Shown: positions 1 to 12,680 of the stretch, piece by piece
Numbering within the stretch: position 1 is the first letter of the stretch
How the letters are laid out: each line of letters opens with the position of its first letter
Assembly: GCA_000165425.1 (NCBI GenBank)
Contig: CT868318.1
Coordinates: 275,067 to 339,066, forward strand
DNA: 64,000 bases
DNA from: Paramecium tetraurelia
Lineage: Eukaryota
Direction of reading: 5' to 3'
Program-made: the position numbers and the translations under genes
The notes under the pieces: model-generated
Told to the model about the DNA's origin: nothing
The model's database searches: none
The model's input: the letters and a program-made list of their open reading frames with translations, nothing else

Positions 1-3000
1 TTAGATTATTAAAACCAGTTAAAGTAATTAATACCAGTACAAGAAACTTAAATGGCTGTTGGATTGATTAAAATATTGAGGATGGTCATCTAATACTATA
101 ATTAATAATTTAATTGCAATTTAAGAGATGAAATATCAAAAAAACACATTGAAAAAATTTACGTTTGGGTATTTGCATGGGCTGTTGGTGCAACTCTTAT
201 CTCAGATGATTATCCAAAATTTGAGAGAATTGTAGCTGACACTTTTCCAGTTGAAGTTCTGCCTAGAGGTTCTCTATTTGCTTGCTTAGTTAGAATAACT
301 AAAACGGATGGATTAGTAGATATAAATTATACACAATGGAATGATATCATTCCATAATTTGAATATACAAAAGGAATGAGTTATTTCGACATGGTTGTTT
401 AGACTAAGGAAACTGTTGCTCATGGCTGGTTTTTGGAGTAAGCAGTCAATACGAATTGTCCTATGTTTATTACTGGAGTTACAGGAACTGGTAAAACAAT
501 TATGGTTAATTCAACTGTTGAAAAATTAAGAGATGATGGTCATATAGCTTTGATGTAGATTACTTTCTCCGCTAAAACAGCAAGTTTTACAACCTAATTA
601 AGTATTGAATAAAAACTTTAGACTCAACGTAAGAAAGGAAGAACTATTTTGATGCCTCCTCCTGGTAAGAAGTTTGTAGTCTTTGTGGATGATGTTAATA
701 TGCCATCCTTAGAATAATATGGTGCACAACCACCAATTGAATTATTAAGATAATTCATTGATTATCGAGGTGTTTATGATAGAAAAAGCTTTAATTGGAA
801 GGATGTGGATAATACAATTCTAATTTGTGCTTGTGGTCCCCCAGGTGGAGGAAGGTCTCCTATAACAGTTAGATTTACTCGTCATTTCGCTTTATTAAGT
901 GTGCCTAATTCCAGTGATGAGACTTTATCTTGGATATTTAGTACTATTTTGAAGGCTTTCTTAAAAAATAATCATTTCAAGAGTGAAATTGTGGATTTGA
1001 GTGAAAACTATTCTATTGTTAATGCAACTCTTCAAATGTATTCTGAAATCTAAAAAGCCTTATTGCCTACTCCGGAGAAATCTCATTACGTCTTCAATCT
1101 CAGAGATGTTAGTAAGATCTTCTAAGGCATTTTATAAGCTAAACCTATGATTTATTAGAAATCTGAATAAATGGTTAGATTATGGGCTCATGAGACATGT
1201 CGAGTTTTAATGGATAGATTAATTAATTAGTAAGATTAAGATTGGTTTAAAGAGAATTTAGTTAAAAATATATTCTTGTTCTTTAAGATTGAATATAAGG
1301 TCAATGAATTATTTGATTCATAACCGCCTCTTATCTTTGCAGACTTCTAGAAAAGGGCTGAGTTGGCTGATCGTATCTATGAGGAAGTGAGGGATTACAA
1401 TCAACTTATAAAAGTTATTAATGAATACATGATGGAATATACAAAGATGAATCTAGTGTTATTCAAAGATGCCATTGAACATTTGACTAGAATCAGCAGA
1501 GTATTAAGATAATAAAGAGGACACTATATGTTGGTTGGAGTTGGAGGTTCTGGTAAGAAATCTTTGACACAATTGGGAGCTGTATTGGCTGGATGCAAAA
1601 TAGAAACCATTGAGAGTAAGAAAAATTATGGTAAGAAAGAATTTAAAGAGGACTTATTTAGAATGATGTGTGCAGTAGGAATTGACAATAGATTAGTAGC
1701 ATTCTCATTTTCAGATACTTAAATATTACAAGAAGGTTTTCTAGAGGATGTTAACAATCTTCTTAATTCAGGTGAAGTACCTAATATGTTGACTAAAGAT
1801 GATTTGGAGATTATTAATCAAGGATTATAAGCAGAAGCTAGAGAATTAAAAATTAATGATATATACCCATATTTTGTCTAAAAGATTAGATCTAATCTAC
1901 ATGTAGTCTTAGGATTATCACCAATAGGTGGATAGTTAAGAGTTAGATTGAGAATGTTCCCAAGTTTAGTTAATTGCTGTACAATAGAGTGGTTACACAA
2001 ATGGCCATAAGAGGCATTGATGAGTGTAGCAGAAATGTTTTTGGAATCTTTAGAATTTGATGGTCTAACAAAAGATATGAGATAAAATCTTTATCAAATG
2101 TGTGTTCATGTTCACTAGAGTGTTGAAAAAAAATGCGATGAATTTTATGCTGCTCTCAAAAGAAACGTTTATGTTACACCCAAATCCTACCTTGATTTAA
2201 TAGAATCTTATAAGACATTATTGATGATGAAAAAAGAAGAGTTGCAATCAAACAAGATGAAACTATCTTCAGGATTACATAAACTACATGAAGCAAACAG
2301 TATCATTAGTGACTTAAAGGTCAAATTAACTGAAATGCAACCAATTTTAAAATAAAAAACTATAGATTAAGAATAGTTACTCTAAAAGTTATAAATTGAT
2401 TCTACTGAGGCAAATAGAGTGAAGTAATTGGTCTCAGAAGAGGAAAGATAAGTTAATGAATAGGCATCTCGAATTAAGGAAACTAAAGCTGAAGCTGATA
2501 AAATACTGAATGAAGCTATTCCGACTCTGAATGCTGCCACAGAAGCACTTAATACTCTTAATAGAAATGATATTTCTGAAATTAAAAGTAATAATAACCC
2601 ATAACCAATTGTACGTTTTACTTTAGAATGTGTTTCTATTCTATTTGAAGAAAAATTGGATTGGGATTCAATCAAAAAATTACTGGCTGATCCTAATTTC
2701 TTATCAAAAATGAAAGGATTGGATGTCGGGTAAAATCAAGCAAACAACTTAAAATAAGATCAAAGCTAAAATAGCTAGTAATCCAGAATTTATTCCAAAT
2801 TTGGTTTAAAAAAGTGAGTGTGGCTGCAAAGTCTATTTGTGAGTGGGTTAGGGCTGTGAGTGAGTTTACTGATGTTAATAATGATGTTGAGAAGAAGAAG
2901 AGTCAAGTCGAAGCCATGAATTAATAATTAGACAAAGCCAATAAAGTATTATTGTAGAAGCAATCAGAACTGGCTTAAGTGGTTAGAAAGGTTACAGAAT

Positions 3001-6000
3001 TAGAAATACAATTCAATTAAAATAAATAAGAAAAAGATCGTCTTGATTAGGATATTTAAACTACAGAGTAAAGATTGATTAGAGCTGAAGAACTTACAGT
3101 TGGTTTGGCAGATGAATAAGAGAGATGGAAGATTAAAGTTGAAAGTCTTGCTGAGGAAATATAATTACTTTTGGGTAACGTATTTTTGGGAGGCTCAACA
3201 GTAGCCTATATGGGTCCATTTACTGGAACCTTTAGAAATCAATTAATTCAGAATTGGATGGAAAAAGCTACAGAGTTAACTATTCCCTTGAGTGAGAAAT
3301 ACAATTTTGAATCAGTCCTAGGAGACGCTCTTGAAATTTAATAATGGGCTGCAAATGGATTACCTAATGATACAGTTTCCAAGTCAAATGGCATTATTCA
3401 AAAATATAGTAGATCTTATCCTATGTTTATTGATCCACAACTATAAGCAAATACTTGGATCAAAAATAGCTATAGAGATCATAATTTGAAAGTCTTAAAG
3501 ATTACACAAGAGGGACTTATTAAACATATAGAAAATGCAGTATAAACAGGAATCCCTCTCCTCTTAGAAGACGTATAGGAATAATTGGATAACTTTTTAG
3601 AACCATTATTATTGAAATAATTTAATGTAATAAATAGAAGAAAAATGATAAAGATAGGGGATAGAGAAGTTGAATTTGATCCAAATTTCAAATTATTCTT
3701 TAGTACAAAATTAGCAAATCCTTAATTTTTACCAGAAATATTTATTAGAGTAACAGTAATCAATTTTACAGTCACAGAATAAGGTTTGGAAGAATAATTA
3801 CTTGGAGATGTTGTATAGATCGAAAAACCAGAGATGGAAGAAGAGAAGAAAGACTTAATTAAGAGAATATCTACTGGTAATATGAACTTGAGAAAGAATG
3901 AAGAGAAGATATTAAATTTATTAGCAAATTCAAAAGGAATGATATTAGACAATGTTGATTTAATTGAAAACTTAAAGATATCAAAGTAAGATGCCATTTA
4001 AGTTAAAGAAAGTTTAGTAACTTAAGAATAGAAATCTGCTGAAATTGAAGCAGCCAGATAATAATATCTACCAGTTGCTACAAGAGGAAGTTTGCTTTAT
4101 TTTGTCATTGCAGATTTCACTTTGGTAGATCCTATGTATCAGTTTTCATTAAATTACTTTAAGAGACTATATTAGAATGTGATCAGAAATTCAGAGAAGA
4201 ATGATGATATTAAAATAAGAATAAATACGTTAATAGATGGAATAACTGAAACAATTTACTCAAATGTTTGTAGAGGTCTATTTAATTAACACAAGAGAAT
4301 CTTTTCATTCTTAATGACTGTTAAAATTCAATTGAATGCAAAATAAATCAGTTTTGGAGAATGGAATCTTTTTGTAAGAGGAGCAAGTTTATCAGTTTAG
4401 CCACCAGCTATGCCAAACACTGTTAAATTAAGTCCTAAAGTCTGGAATGAACTGTATCAATTAACAACAGTTCATTAAAATTTTATACAAATTTATAACT
4501 AAACATTAACTAATTTTAAAGAGATTGAACAATTAATACAGTCTGATAATCCTTGGAGTTTATTAAGTGAATCATTGACTCCTTTCCAGAAATTAATGAT
4601 TGTGAAAGTGCTAAGAGAAGAAGAAACTTTGTATGCAATGACATATTATGTGGATGCAATCTTAGGAAAGAAATTTACTTCCAATAATCAGGCATCAATT
4701 GAAGACATCTTTAATGATACTGATCATAAAACTCCATTTATATTTATTTTGAGTTAAGGTGCAGATCCATTGTCTAGTTTAATGAGATTAGCAAATCAAA
4801 AGAAGATATCATCTGAAAAACTTAGAATAATATCACTTGGTTAAGGACAAGGAATCATTGCTGAAAAGGCAATTGAAAGTGGAGTCAAGAGTGGCGATTG
4901 GGTAATTCTATAAAATTGCCATCTTGGTAAATCATTCATGCCCACTCTTGAGAAAAGATTAGAATGGTTTGAGGATCCAGAATTATAATCATCATTTAAC
5001 ACTGGATTTAGATTGATGTTAACTAGTATGCCTTGTGATTACTTCCCAGTTAGTGTTTTATAGAACAGTATTAAATTAACTACTGAACCTCCTAAAGGGT
5101 TAAAATCAAATATGTTTAAGAGTTATACTGACTTATCTTCAGAATAAGTTGAAAATTGTGAAAAAAAGGAACCATGGAAAAAGTTACTCTATTCTCTTGC
5201 ATTTTTCCATGCTGTTGTACAAGAACGTCGTAAATTCGGACCTTTGGGTTGGAACATTAGATATGAGTAAAATATTATCCTAAATTAGATTTAATGATTC
5301 TGATCTTGAAACATCGTACACACTACTTAGGAATTTTCTTGATTTGCCATAAGATATACCTTGGGATGCAATTGTATATGTCATAGGAGAAATCACATAT
5401 GGTGGAAGAGTCACAGATGATTGGGATAGAAGATGTTTGCTTACAATTTTAACCAAATTTATTAAGTAAAATGATATTTAATTAATTTTAGTGAAGATGC
5501 ATTAAATGATGGCTACTCATTTTCAGATTCAGGTATTTATAAATAACCTGGTGAAATGAATATTGATGGATATAGAAATTTGATTAATAAATTCCCAGAT
5601 TTTGAAAAACCCTGAAGTTTTTGGAATGAATGAAAATGCAAATATTACCTTTAAATTAACTGAATCTAAAATGGCATTATCTACTATCTTAAGTATTCAA
5701 CCTAGAGAAAGTGCTCAAACGAGTGACTCAGAACAAAAGACCAAGACTCCAGATGAAAGTGTTCTAGAACTTTGTGAAATTCTTGCATAAAAACTACCAT
5801 TTTAAATTAAGGAATAGGAAAAAAAGAAAAAATAAAATGCTCCTTAACATACTTCATCTGAAATTGATTCTCTTAAGGTTTGTTTGAATTAGGAAGTTCA
5901 AAGATTTAATAAGTTATTATCAGTTATTGGAAATTCAATCAAAAATTTATAAGCTGCTATCAAAGGAGAAGTTGTAATGTCAGCTGAACTCGATAAAATG

Positions 6001-6656
6001 TACAGCTCCTTACTCAATAATTAAATTTAGGGCTAACAGAGCCTATCCTTCTTTGAAGCCATTGGCCTCGTTTTATGACGATATGATAAAAAGAGTCAAT
6101 TTCTTCAGAGATTGGTTTAACTTAGAATTTGGCTATCCTAAGGGTTATTGGATTTCAGCTTTCTTCTTCCCATAAGGTTTCCTCACTTCAGTTCTCTAGA
6201 CATTTGCAAGAAAAAATTAAATTGCTATTGATGTTCTTGGATTCAGTTTCAAATTCTTTAATTATGTAGATAGTGAAATGGTATTAATTTAATCTATTTA
6301 GATAACATCAACCCCTGAGAATGGAGCCTACATATATGGGTTATATGTTGAGGGATGTAGATTTGATTTGAACAAAGGAATAATAGAAGATCAGTTGCCA
6401 GGATAAACTATCTATGAGGCTCCAATCATACACTTTATACCTACTTAAGACTATAAACCCAATCCAAATGAATATTCAATGCCTCTTTATAAAACAAGTA
6501 TCTTTTTAGACTAAATCTTTAGGTCTTCGGGCAGGAGTGTTATCAACTACAGGACATTCGACTAATTTCATAAGAGCAATTGAGTGCCCTACAAAGAAGA
6601 ACCCTGACTATTGGATTCTTAATGGAGCTGCCTTCACAACCCAACTAAATGATTGA
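1..6656 (+). CDS. Axonemal dynein heavy chain, 5'-partial (AAA3 to C-terminus), with apparent frameshifts
   Basis: Code-6 translation gives P-loops TGVTGTGKT (~472-498) and GVGGSGKKS (~1534-1560), plus [75 protein letters not shown] and [12 protein letters not shown]. Ends [19 protein letters not shown] at 6654-6656. Introns at 5267-5288, 5466-5491, 6281-6301 and 6498-6522. Frame breaks near 2731, 2813, 5610 and 6025. Confidence 0.97.
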
Positions 6657-7315
6657 TAATATAATATATAATAATATTCAAATTTTATCAAGATTATTAA
6701 ATCTTTTATTTATTTTAGTATCTGCTTGTCAAATTATATAATAAATAATATAAAAATAATCATTAGTTTTACAATCATAAAGGTGGATAACTTTGATAAG
6801 ATTTTATTTCCAATTGTGATTAAAATATTTATATTTTAGAGTTAGGTTATGTAAAACTATGATGAGTTAAACATGAAAAGTATATGATAATTTTTACTGA
6901 TGTAAATAAAATGAATTTCTGTAAGTCTGATACTATTATAATTATCATTAGAATTCTCTGATATAAGTCAAATTGACATTACACCTTTAAATAACCCTAA
7001 TCTCATAAATTATTTGTATATTTTTATAAATAGAAATATGTTAAAATTGATATAAATTAAGTAAGTGGATTTCAGTAATAAAACCATAACAATTAATAGA
7101 TCTATAGAGTGAAATTATTTTAATCATAAAAGCTATGTTATTCAGATCTATCTGATACATTTATAGTTAGTAGTTGTGAATTATTAATTAACAAATGTAA
7201 ACATGACCATTTTAACCTTTATTTAGCTCTAGTCTAGATAAAAAACATCTACTTGAAGAGTTTAGAATAATTATTATTGGTATAAACATCGGAAGATTTT
7301 AATTATTATATTATT

Positions 7316-7724
7316 ATGATATACGATCAACCAGAACACTTTGGTCTATTTGAGAAAACATTCACAGCAAAAGAGAAAGAGGAAGTCAAATAATTCTTGA
7401 AATACGATAGACATGTTCCTTTGAAATTGACTGAATAAGTGTTCCATGCAGAAGCGTATATATTTAATTCTCTAAGATAGAGATGCATCGAGATTTGAAA
7501 GATTAGGATTAGTTGGAGGTGCAGTCTATTCATTCTCATTCTTCTTCTTTCCAATAATAAAAGGTTTACCAATTAAATAGAGATTATTTTGGGCTGCTGT
7601 TCCAGGAGGTGTAGTTGCATGGTTGGGATGGAGAATTAAAGAAGAATTAGAATGGAATAGAGTTTACAATTGCTATTAGAAATATCAAGTAGCTCATTCC
7701 ATGCACAAGAAGGTGTTCATTTGA
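7316..7724 (+). CDS. Small membrane protein (~127 aa, two hydrophobic segments), function unknown
   Basis: ATG at 7316, one 25-nt intron, TGA at 7722-7724. Translation: MIYDQPEHFGLFEKTF...LGLVGGAVYSFSFFFFPII...LFWAAVPGGVVAWLGW...HSMHKKVFI. Confidence 0.8.
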
Positions 7725-7790
7725 AAATATGGCAGGCACAAAATATAAATATATAAAACCAAAAATATCCAATTCAATAATTAATTTATC

Positions 7791-8963
7791 ATGTTTTTTG
7801 AGTTAGACGACATCAGAAGAAGACATTCCTTGTATTTTGATTGTTATAATGCTGGTGTATGGACCGATGCTCCTGAAAAGTATATGATTGTTTACATAAA
7901 CTAGTTCATGGAGATGGAATTATACTAGAGGAGCAATCTCAGGATTACTAGGAAGTGTTGTGGGTGAGGCCTGGCATAATTTTTATGAGAATTGGAAATT
8001 ATTGTATAAAATCTATATAAGTTTTAAGGTTACGATCATACGAATAACCAAATACTGTGAATGAATTGTATAAATTTAGCAAAGCAACAGTCAATCTTGA
8101 AAATTTCAAAAGATCAATGGGCACTAGAATGTAATTTGCTTTTGCTTCAGGTGGCATTGATTGGGCTTTGAGATTAGCAGCATTTAGAGCAGTCAATCAT
8201 GGATGGCAAAGTACTTGATTAAAATATTTAATTTAGGAACTTGGGGTACATTTGAATATGGGTTCTTGAGAAAAGTACCAGGCACAATGTTCATTTCCCT
8301 CCTTACAGCTCCAATTGGAATTCCCTTTGAAGTTGCTAGAATGGCTTATTATGCCGACAAAACATTCCCCAAAGAGTTGTAAAAAGGATATACCTCATTT
8401 TTCAATGCTTTATGGAGAATACCATTTGAAGAGGGACCCTATTATTTCTATAAGAATTCCTTCCCTCTTTTTGCAAGAAACTTCTTCTAAACATTAACTC
8501 TATTTTACTCTTTTGATTGGATGAAGGACAAGGTAAAGTTTAATAGATTTAGAATTATAGTTATCCGTCCTTACAAGAGTTGCAGAAATTCCATACTTCC
8601 CAGTTAAAGTTTTAAATTGCTTCTTATCAACATATTTGGCAATCTTGACAAGTTACTCATTGTCTTAAGTGACAAGAGAAATGGTAGAGTTATGGCCAAA
8701 ACAAAATGGTGTATGTCCTTATGATGGCAATTATAGAAAAGCTGCTACTCATATTTGGTAATTAAATTTTATATTGTAAATTCAGGTATGCCAGAAATCT
8801 CAATAATTATTTCCCAGGAATGTTAAGAAATTATGCTAGCAGACAATTCTTGCCAATGTTTGTGACTCTTTGGTGGGCTGACTCTTTTGGGTTGTTTACT
8901 TATTGGAAAATAGATATGTTTAGCGGAGCAGGATCAAATACATGGGAAGATTCATTTTGCTGA
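7791..8963 (+). CDS. Divergent mitochondrial carrier (SLC25 fold; 2-oxoglutarate/malate carrier-like)
   Basis: After removing five tiny introns the protein contains PFEVARMAYYADKTFPKELQKGYTSFFNALWRIPFEEG. This matches the Px[DE]xx[KR] motif and matrix helix of repeat 2 in dicarboxylate/oxoglutarate carriers. TGA at 8961-8963. Confidence 0.8.
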
Positions 8964-9052
8964 AGTTTATAAATCAACATTAAATTCAAAATACAATATT
9001 ATTTATTGTATATGCCGTTTTTAAATATAGTTTTTCTTAATAAATTAAATTA

Positions 9053-10195
9053 ATGAAAACCACATTGCTTTTGGTATTAGTTGCTTGTGCTTTTGCCACA
9101 AATACAGCCATGTTTGATAGAATTGAAAGCAGCGATTTAGGAAGAACCCTTTTGAATACAATTGCTATTTAAATGACAACAGGTGAACCATTGGAAAGAA
9201 TCTTTCAAACACTTTATGATTTAGAAGATAGATATATTGCTGACTAAAAGGAAGATGATGCTAATAATTAAGCCTTCTAATAAGTTTGTGATGCAGATTT
9301 GGCTGGCTTGAACTAAGAACTTGCCAATCTTGAATAAAGAAATACAGAATTACAAGCTGTTCTTGATGACCTCGTACCAATCAGAGACTAAAAGATCGGT
9401 TAAAAGAAAGCTAAGGAACTCTAAAAGGCTGAATTATAAAAGGTCATTGATGAAACAACTGCTAAGAGATAAGAATAAGCCGATGACTTTGAAGCTTAAA
9501 GATAAGAATATACATTTGTTTCATCAGTTTTGGCTGAAGCAAGAAGACTCTTCACAGATAACCTCTAAGCTCCATCCTTCTTACAAAAGGGTGAAGAAAA
9601 GGTTCACGTTACTCCATAAATTATGGCTTAAGTTGCTAGTCACATGAGTCAAGGTGCCCACAAAGCCAGCACAATGAAACATGTCAGAACCTTTGGAAAA
9701 GCCATCAAATTGTTAGCCAATCTTGCTAATAGAACCTAATAATTTGCTAACTAAGATTTAACAGGAAGAGTCATCAAATTGATCGATGATCTCTAGAATT
9801 AATTAAGTCAAGCATTCGATTTAGCCAGAAAAGCTGAAGATGACAGAACCAGAGCATTCTAAGCATATATCAGTTTACTCAATAAAGACATGAACAAATA
9901 CAATTCATCAATTGCTAATTTGACTGCTGAAATCTAATCACTATAAGACAGAATCGATGCTACAACTGCCAGCTAAAACGATGTTCTTTAAAGAATCTAA
10001 GCCAAGACCTAATAAAGAGATGACAGAAGAGGTGAATGCTAAGAAGCTGCTTATGATTATTAATAAAGAAGAGCTGCAAGAGACAAAGATAGATAGACTG
10101 TCAGTGATTTGATTGGTATCTTGAACACTAACATGAGAGATCTTAAAGAATATATTGCTTTAAGAATTGCTGCTGGTGATAAGGATCTTGAATGA
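9053..10195 (+). CDS. TMP: Trichocyst matrix protein precursor (T2-like; GRL/TMP family)
   Basis: Intronless 380-aa ORF. Signal peptide MKTTLLLVLVACAFA, pro-region LGRTLLNTIAIQM and mature-like start GEPLERIFQTLYDLEDRYIADQKEDDA. Also a central PSFLQK basic linker and heptad coiled coils. Confidence 0.9.
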
Positions 10196-10351
10196 AATTG
10201 AAATATAATTATCGTAAAAGAGACTTATTAATGTTTAGAAATATATTCTATTTTTAAAGTTAATTTATTCTTATCTTAATATTATATTTAGTTAAAATTT
10301 AGGATTAAATTAATAAAATAATAATGAAAATCATTGAAAGAAATTATATTA

Positions 10352-11032
10352 TCAACAACAAGAATTTTCAGAATCATTCCTATTCTCAGAACTTCCTATT
10401 TTAATTGCTGGTTTCTCTTCTCTTTTCTATAGTTATTATTACTTTTCTTTCTCATTCACTAAATCAGCAATATGATTGAATAGTTCCTAAAATATACGGA
10501 ATCAATACAAAAACACCAATATTTTGTTTACAACTAGTTTCAAAAACTGTTATTTTTGGATCAAATGAATTAGCATATTGTTTAACCTCCTCTAAAGGGA
10601 CCTGTGATTCTAAATCAATTTTATTCGCTATAATGAACTTGGCTAAAATTGAATATGAAATCAAGATTACTAATATCACTCAATCCTTCTTCAAATAATT
10701 TATCCAACCAAAATTTAAGTACTTCAAAAGATTTAGGTTTTGTTACATCATAAACAATAATTGCAAAATTAGCATCTAATCTATAACAATAGTTCAATAC
10801 CCTTGTAATAGAGTTTAGCAATGCTTCTGTAAACTTCTTGACCTGCAGTATCCCAAATCTATAATTCTATTAATCTTCCATCTCTTAATATTTATTTAGG
10901 AGAAAATTCAGCACCCACAGTTTATGTTCTAGTATCAGTAAAATCATTTTTGGTGAATCTTTGTATCAAACTACTTTTGCCCACTGCATAGTCACCTAAA
11001 GTGACAATCTTACTAAAAATGGGTTTTTGCAT
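10352..11032 (-). CDS. Rab-family small GTPase (Rab5/22-like motifs)
   Basis: GDYAVGKSS, TVGAEF, IWDTAGQE, YRSIAKLYY, NKIDL, ETSCK and a C-terminal SCC-TGA prenylation motif. Contains tiny introns. Confidence 0.95.
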
Positions 11033-11075
11033 ATATATATATTTTATTTTATTATTTTATGTAATACTATCATTT

Positions 11076-12572
11076 TCAGAACTTGTCTAATGTGGATAAA
11101 TCCTAAGGCAATTATTATAATTTGTCTGGATATTATTTAAGGATCTATTATAAAACCTAATCGAATAATAATAAGATAAAATACTTCATCGTCTGTTTGC
11201 TTTTTACCATCTGAAGTTTCTTCTTCATATTTAACAAAAGAGATTGCAACTCCATTAGTCTCTTATCTACCAGCTCTTCCTACCTAATAATTTAAATAAC
11301 ATGAGTACTCTATGTAAATAAGTTTCCAAAGAGTCAGGCATATCAAAATTGATGACGTAATTAACCTTATCTATATCAATACCTCTTCCCATGAGATTGG
11401 TTGCAACCAGTAATCTGAAATGTCCATTTCTAAACTATTCATAAGTCTTCTGTCTCATTTTTTAGTGATCCGGTCCCAATCTGTTACCACCATAGAGTTA
11501 TCTGACTGAATCCTCTCCCTTCTTTTTGAGTTCAGCAACTAATGCATCAGCCTTTTCTGAGCTCTTCACAAAGATGATGCATTGATTTAATTTGCATGTA
11601 TTTAAGATTTATCTCAAATAATGGAATTTAAGAGTTTCAGGCACTTTCAAATAGTATTACTTCAACTTATCCAAAAAGAGTTGTTCAGGTTTGATTGTAA
11701 TTTCATAAATCTTGAAATAACATAATAATGTACATGTTTATTATCAGCTATGAACTTTTTGAGTGATGTTCTGCTTGATTCAGTAAAGGTTGCACTAAAT
11801 GCCATAAATTATTTATCTTGTGGTGTACGTAAGAAGATGTCTTAGATGTCCTTTCTAAAAATAATTATTTCCAAAATTCAGCACCTCATATTTAAATCTT
11901 CTATCATTGTATCGGCTTCATCCAATATAAAGTACTTCAATCTATCTACTTTCAATGCTTTCTTCTCACAAATCAAATCCTTAAGACGTCCAGGAGTACT
12001 TCAATTAGACTCTATATTTACCCAACTACTATTTATGGCTTCACTGTTTCGATTGTGGATATATTTACAGTCACTGGCTCTCCTCCTCCATAAAAGCACT
12101 CAACTTTGATACTTTTCATAAACTTTCCCAATCTTAAAAACTCATCCCGAGCCTTTATATATACACATCTCATACTTATTGGGCTAACTCTCTTGTGTGA
12201 GTAATTACAAGACATTCCACTTTATTGCTTTCAGTGTTGATCGTATTCAGTACAGTTAGAACAAATACAGCTGTCTTTCCTGTTCCTGCTTTTGCTTGGC
12301 AAATCAATTGTTCCCCTTATAATGCATTTGTCAACGATTCCGCTTGGACTAAAGAGAGATAGAATCACCATAATTACCTCTAGTGGGATGCTCGAACCCG
12401 GCTTCTTTTACGGCTCGTAAGAGCTCCTCCTTTAGCCCAAAGTTTTTGAATTATGAGACATTGTAATTGTCATATTTTCTACGATTCTCAATATTTGCTC
12501 TTACTATATGTCCTATTTTGTTGGTTGTTATGGATCATCATAAAATTCAGGAATATCTTCTAATCCGCTCAT
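11076..12572 (-). CDS. UAP56: UAP56/DDX39 (Sub2)-type RNA helicase
   Basis: [57 protein letters not shown] and [20 protein letters not shown]. Several introns. Ends STLDKF-TGA. Confidence 0.88.
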
Positions 12573-12680
12573 TTGTTTAATAAAAAGATTTATATTTTAA
12601 TATCCTAATTTAAATCAAAGCACTTTTATATTCTTTATTCATGAATATGATCCTGCATTTGCTTTTTTCAATTATCCATC

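Noticed and set aside
2725..5615. Euplotes-style programmed +1 frameshifting in dynein
   Set aside because: That mechanism relies on TAA/TAG being stops. Here they are sense codons and the three sites share no common motif.
6859..6930. Possible box C/D snoRNA (ATGATGA ... CTGA ... CTGA, ~72 nt)
   Set aside because: The terminal stem is very weak, I recognise no rRNA-complementary guide, and such boxes arise by chance in AT-rich DNA. It needs snoscan/Infernal and small-RNA data.
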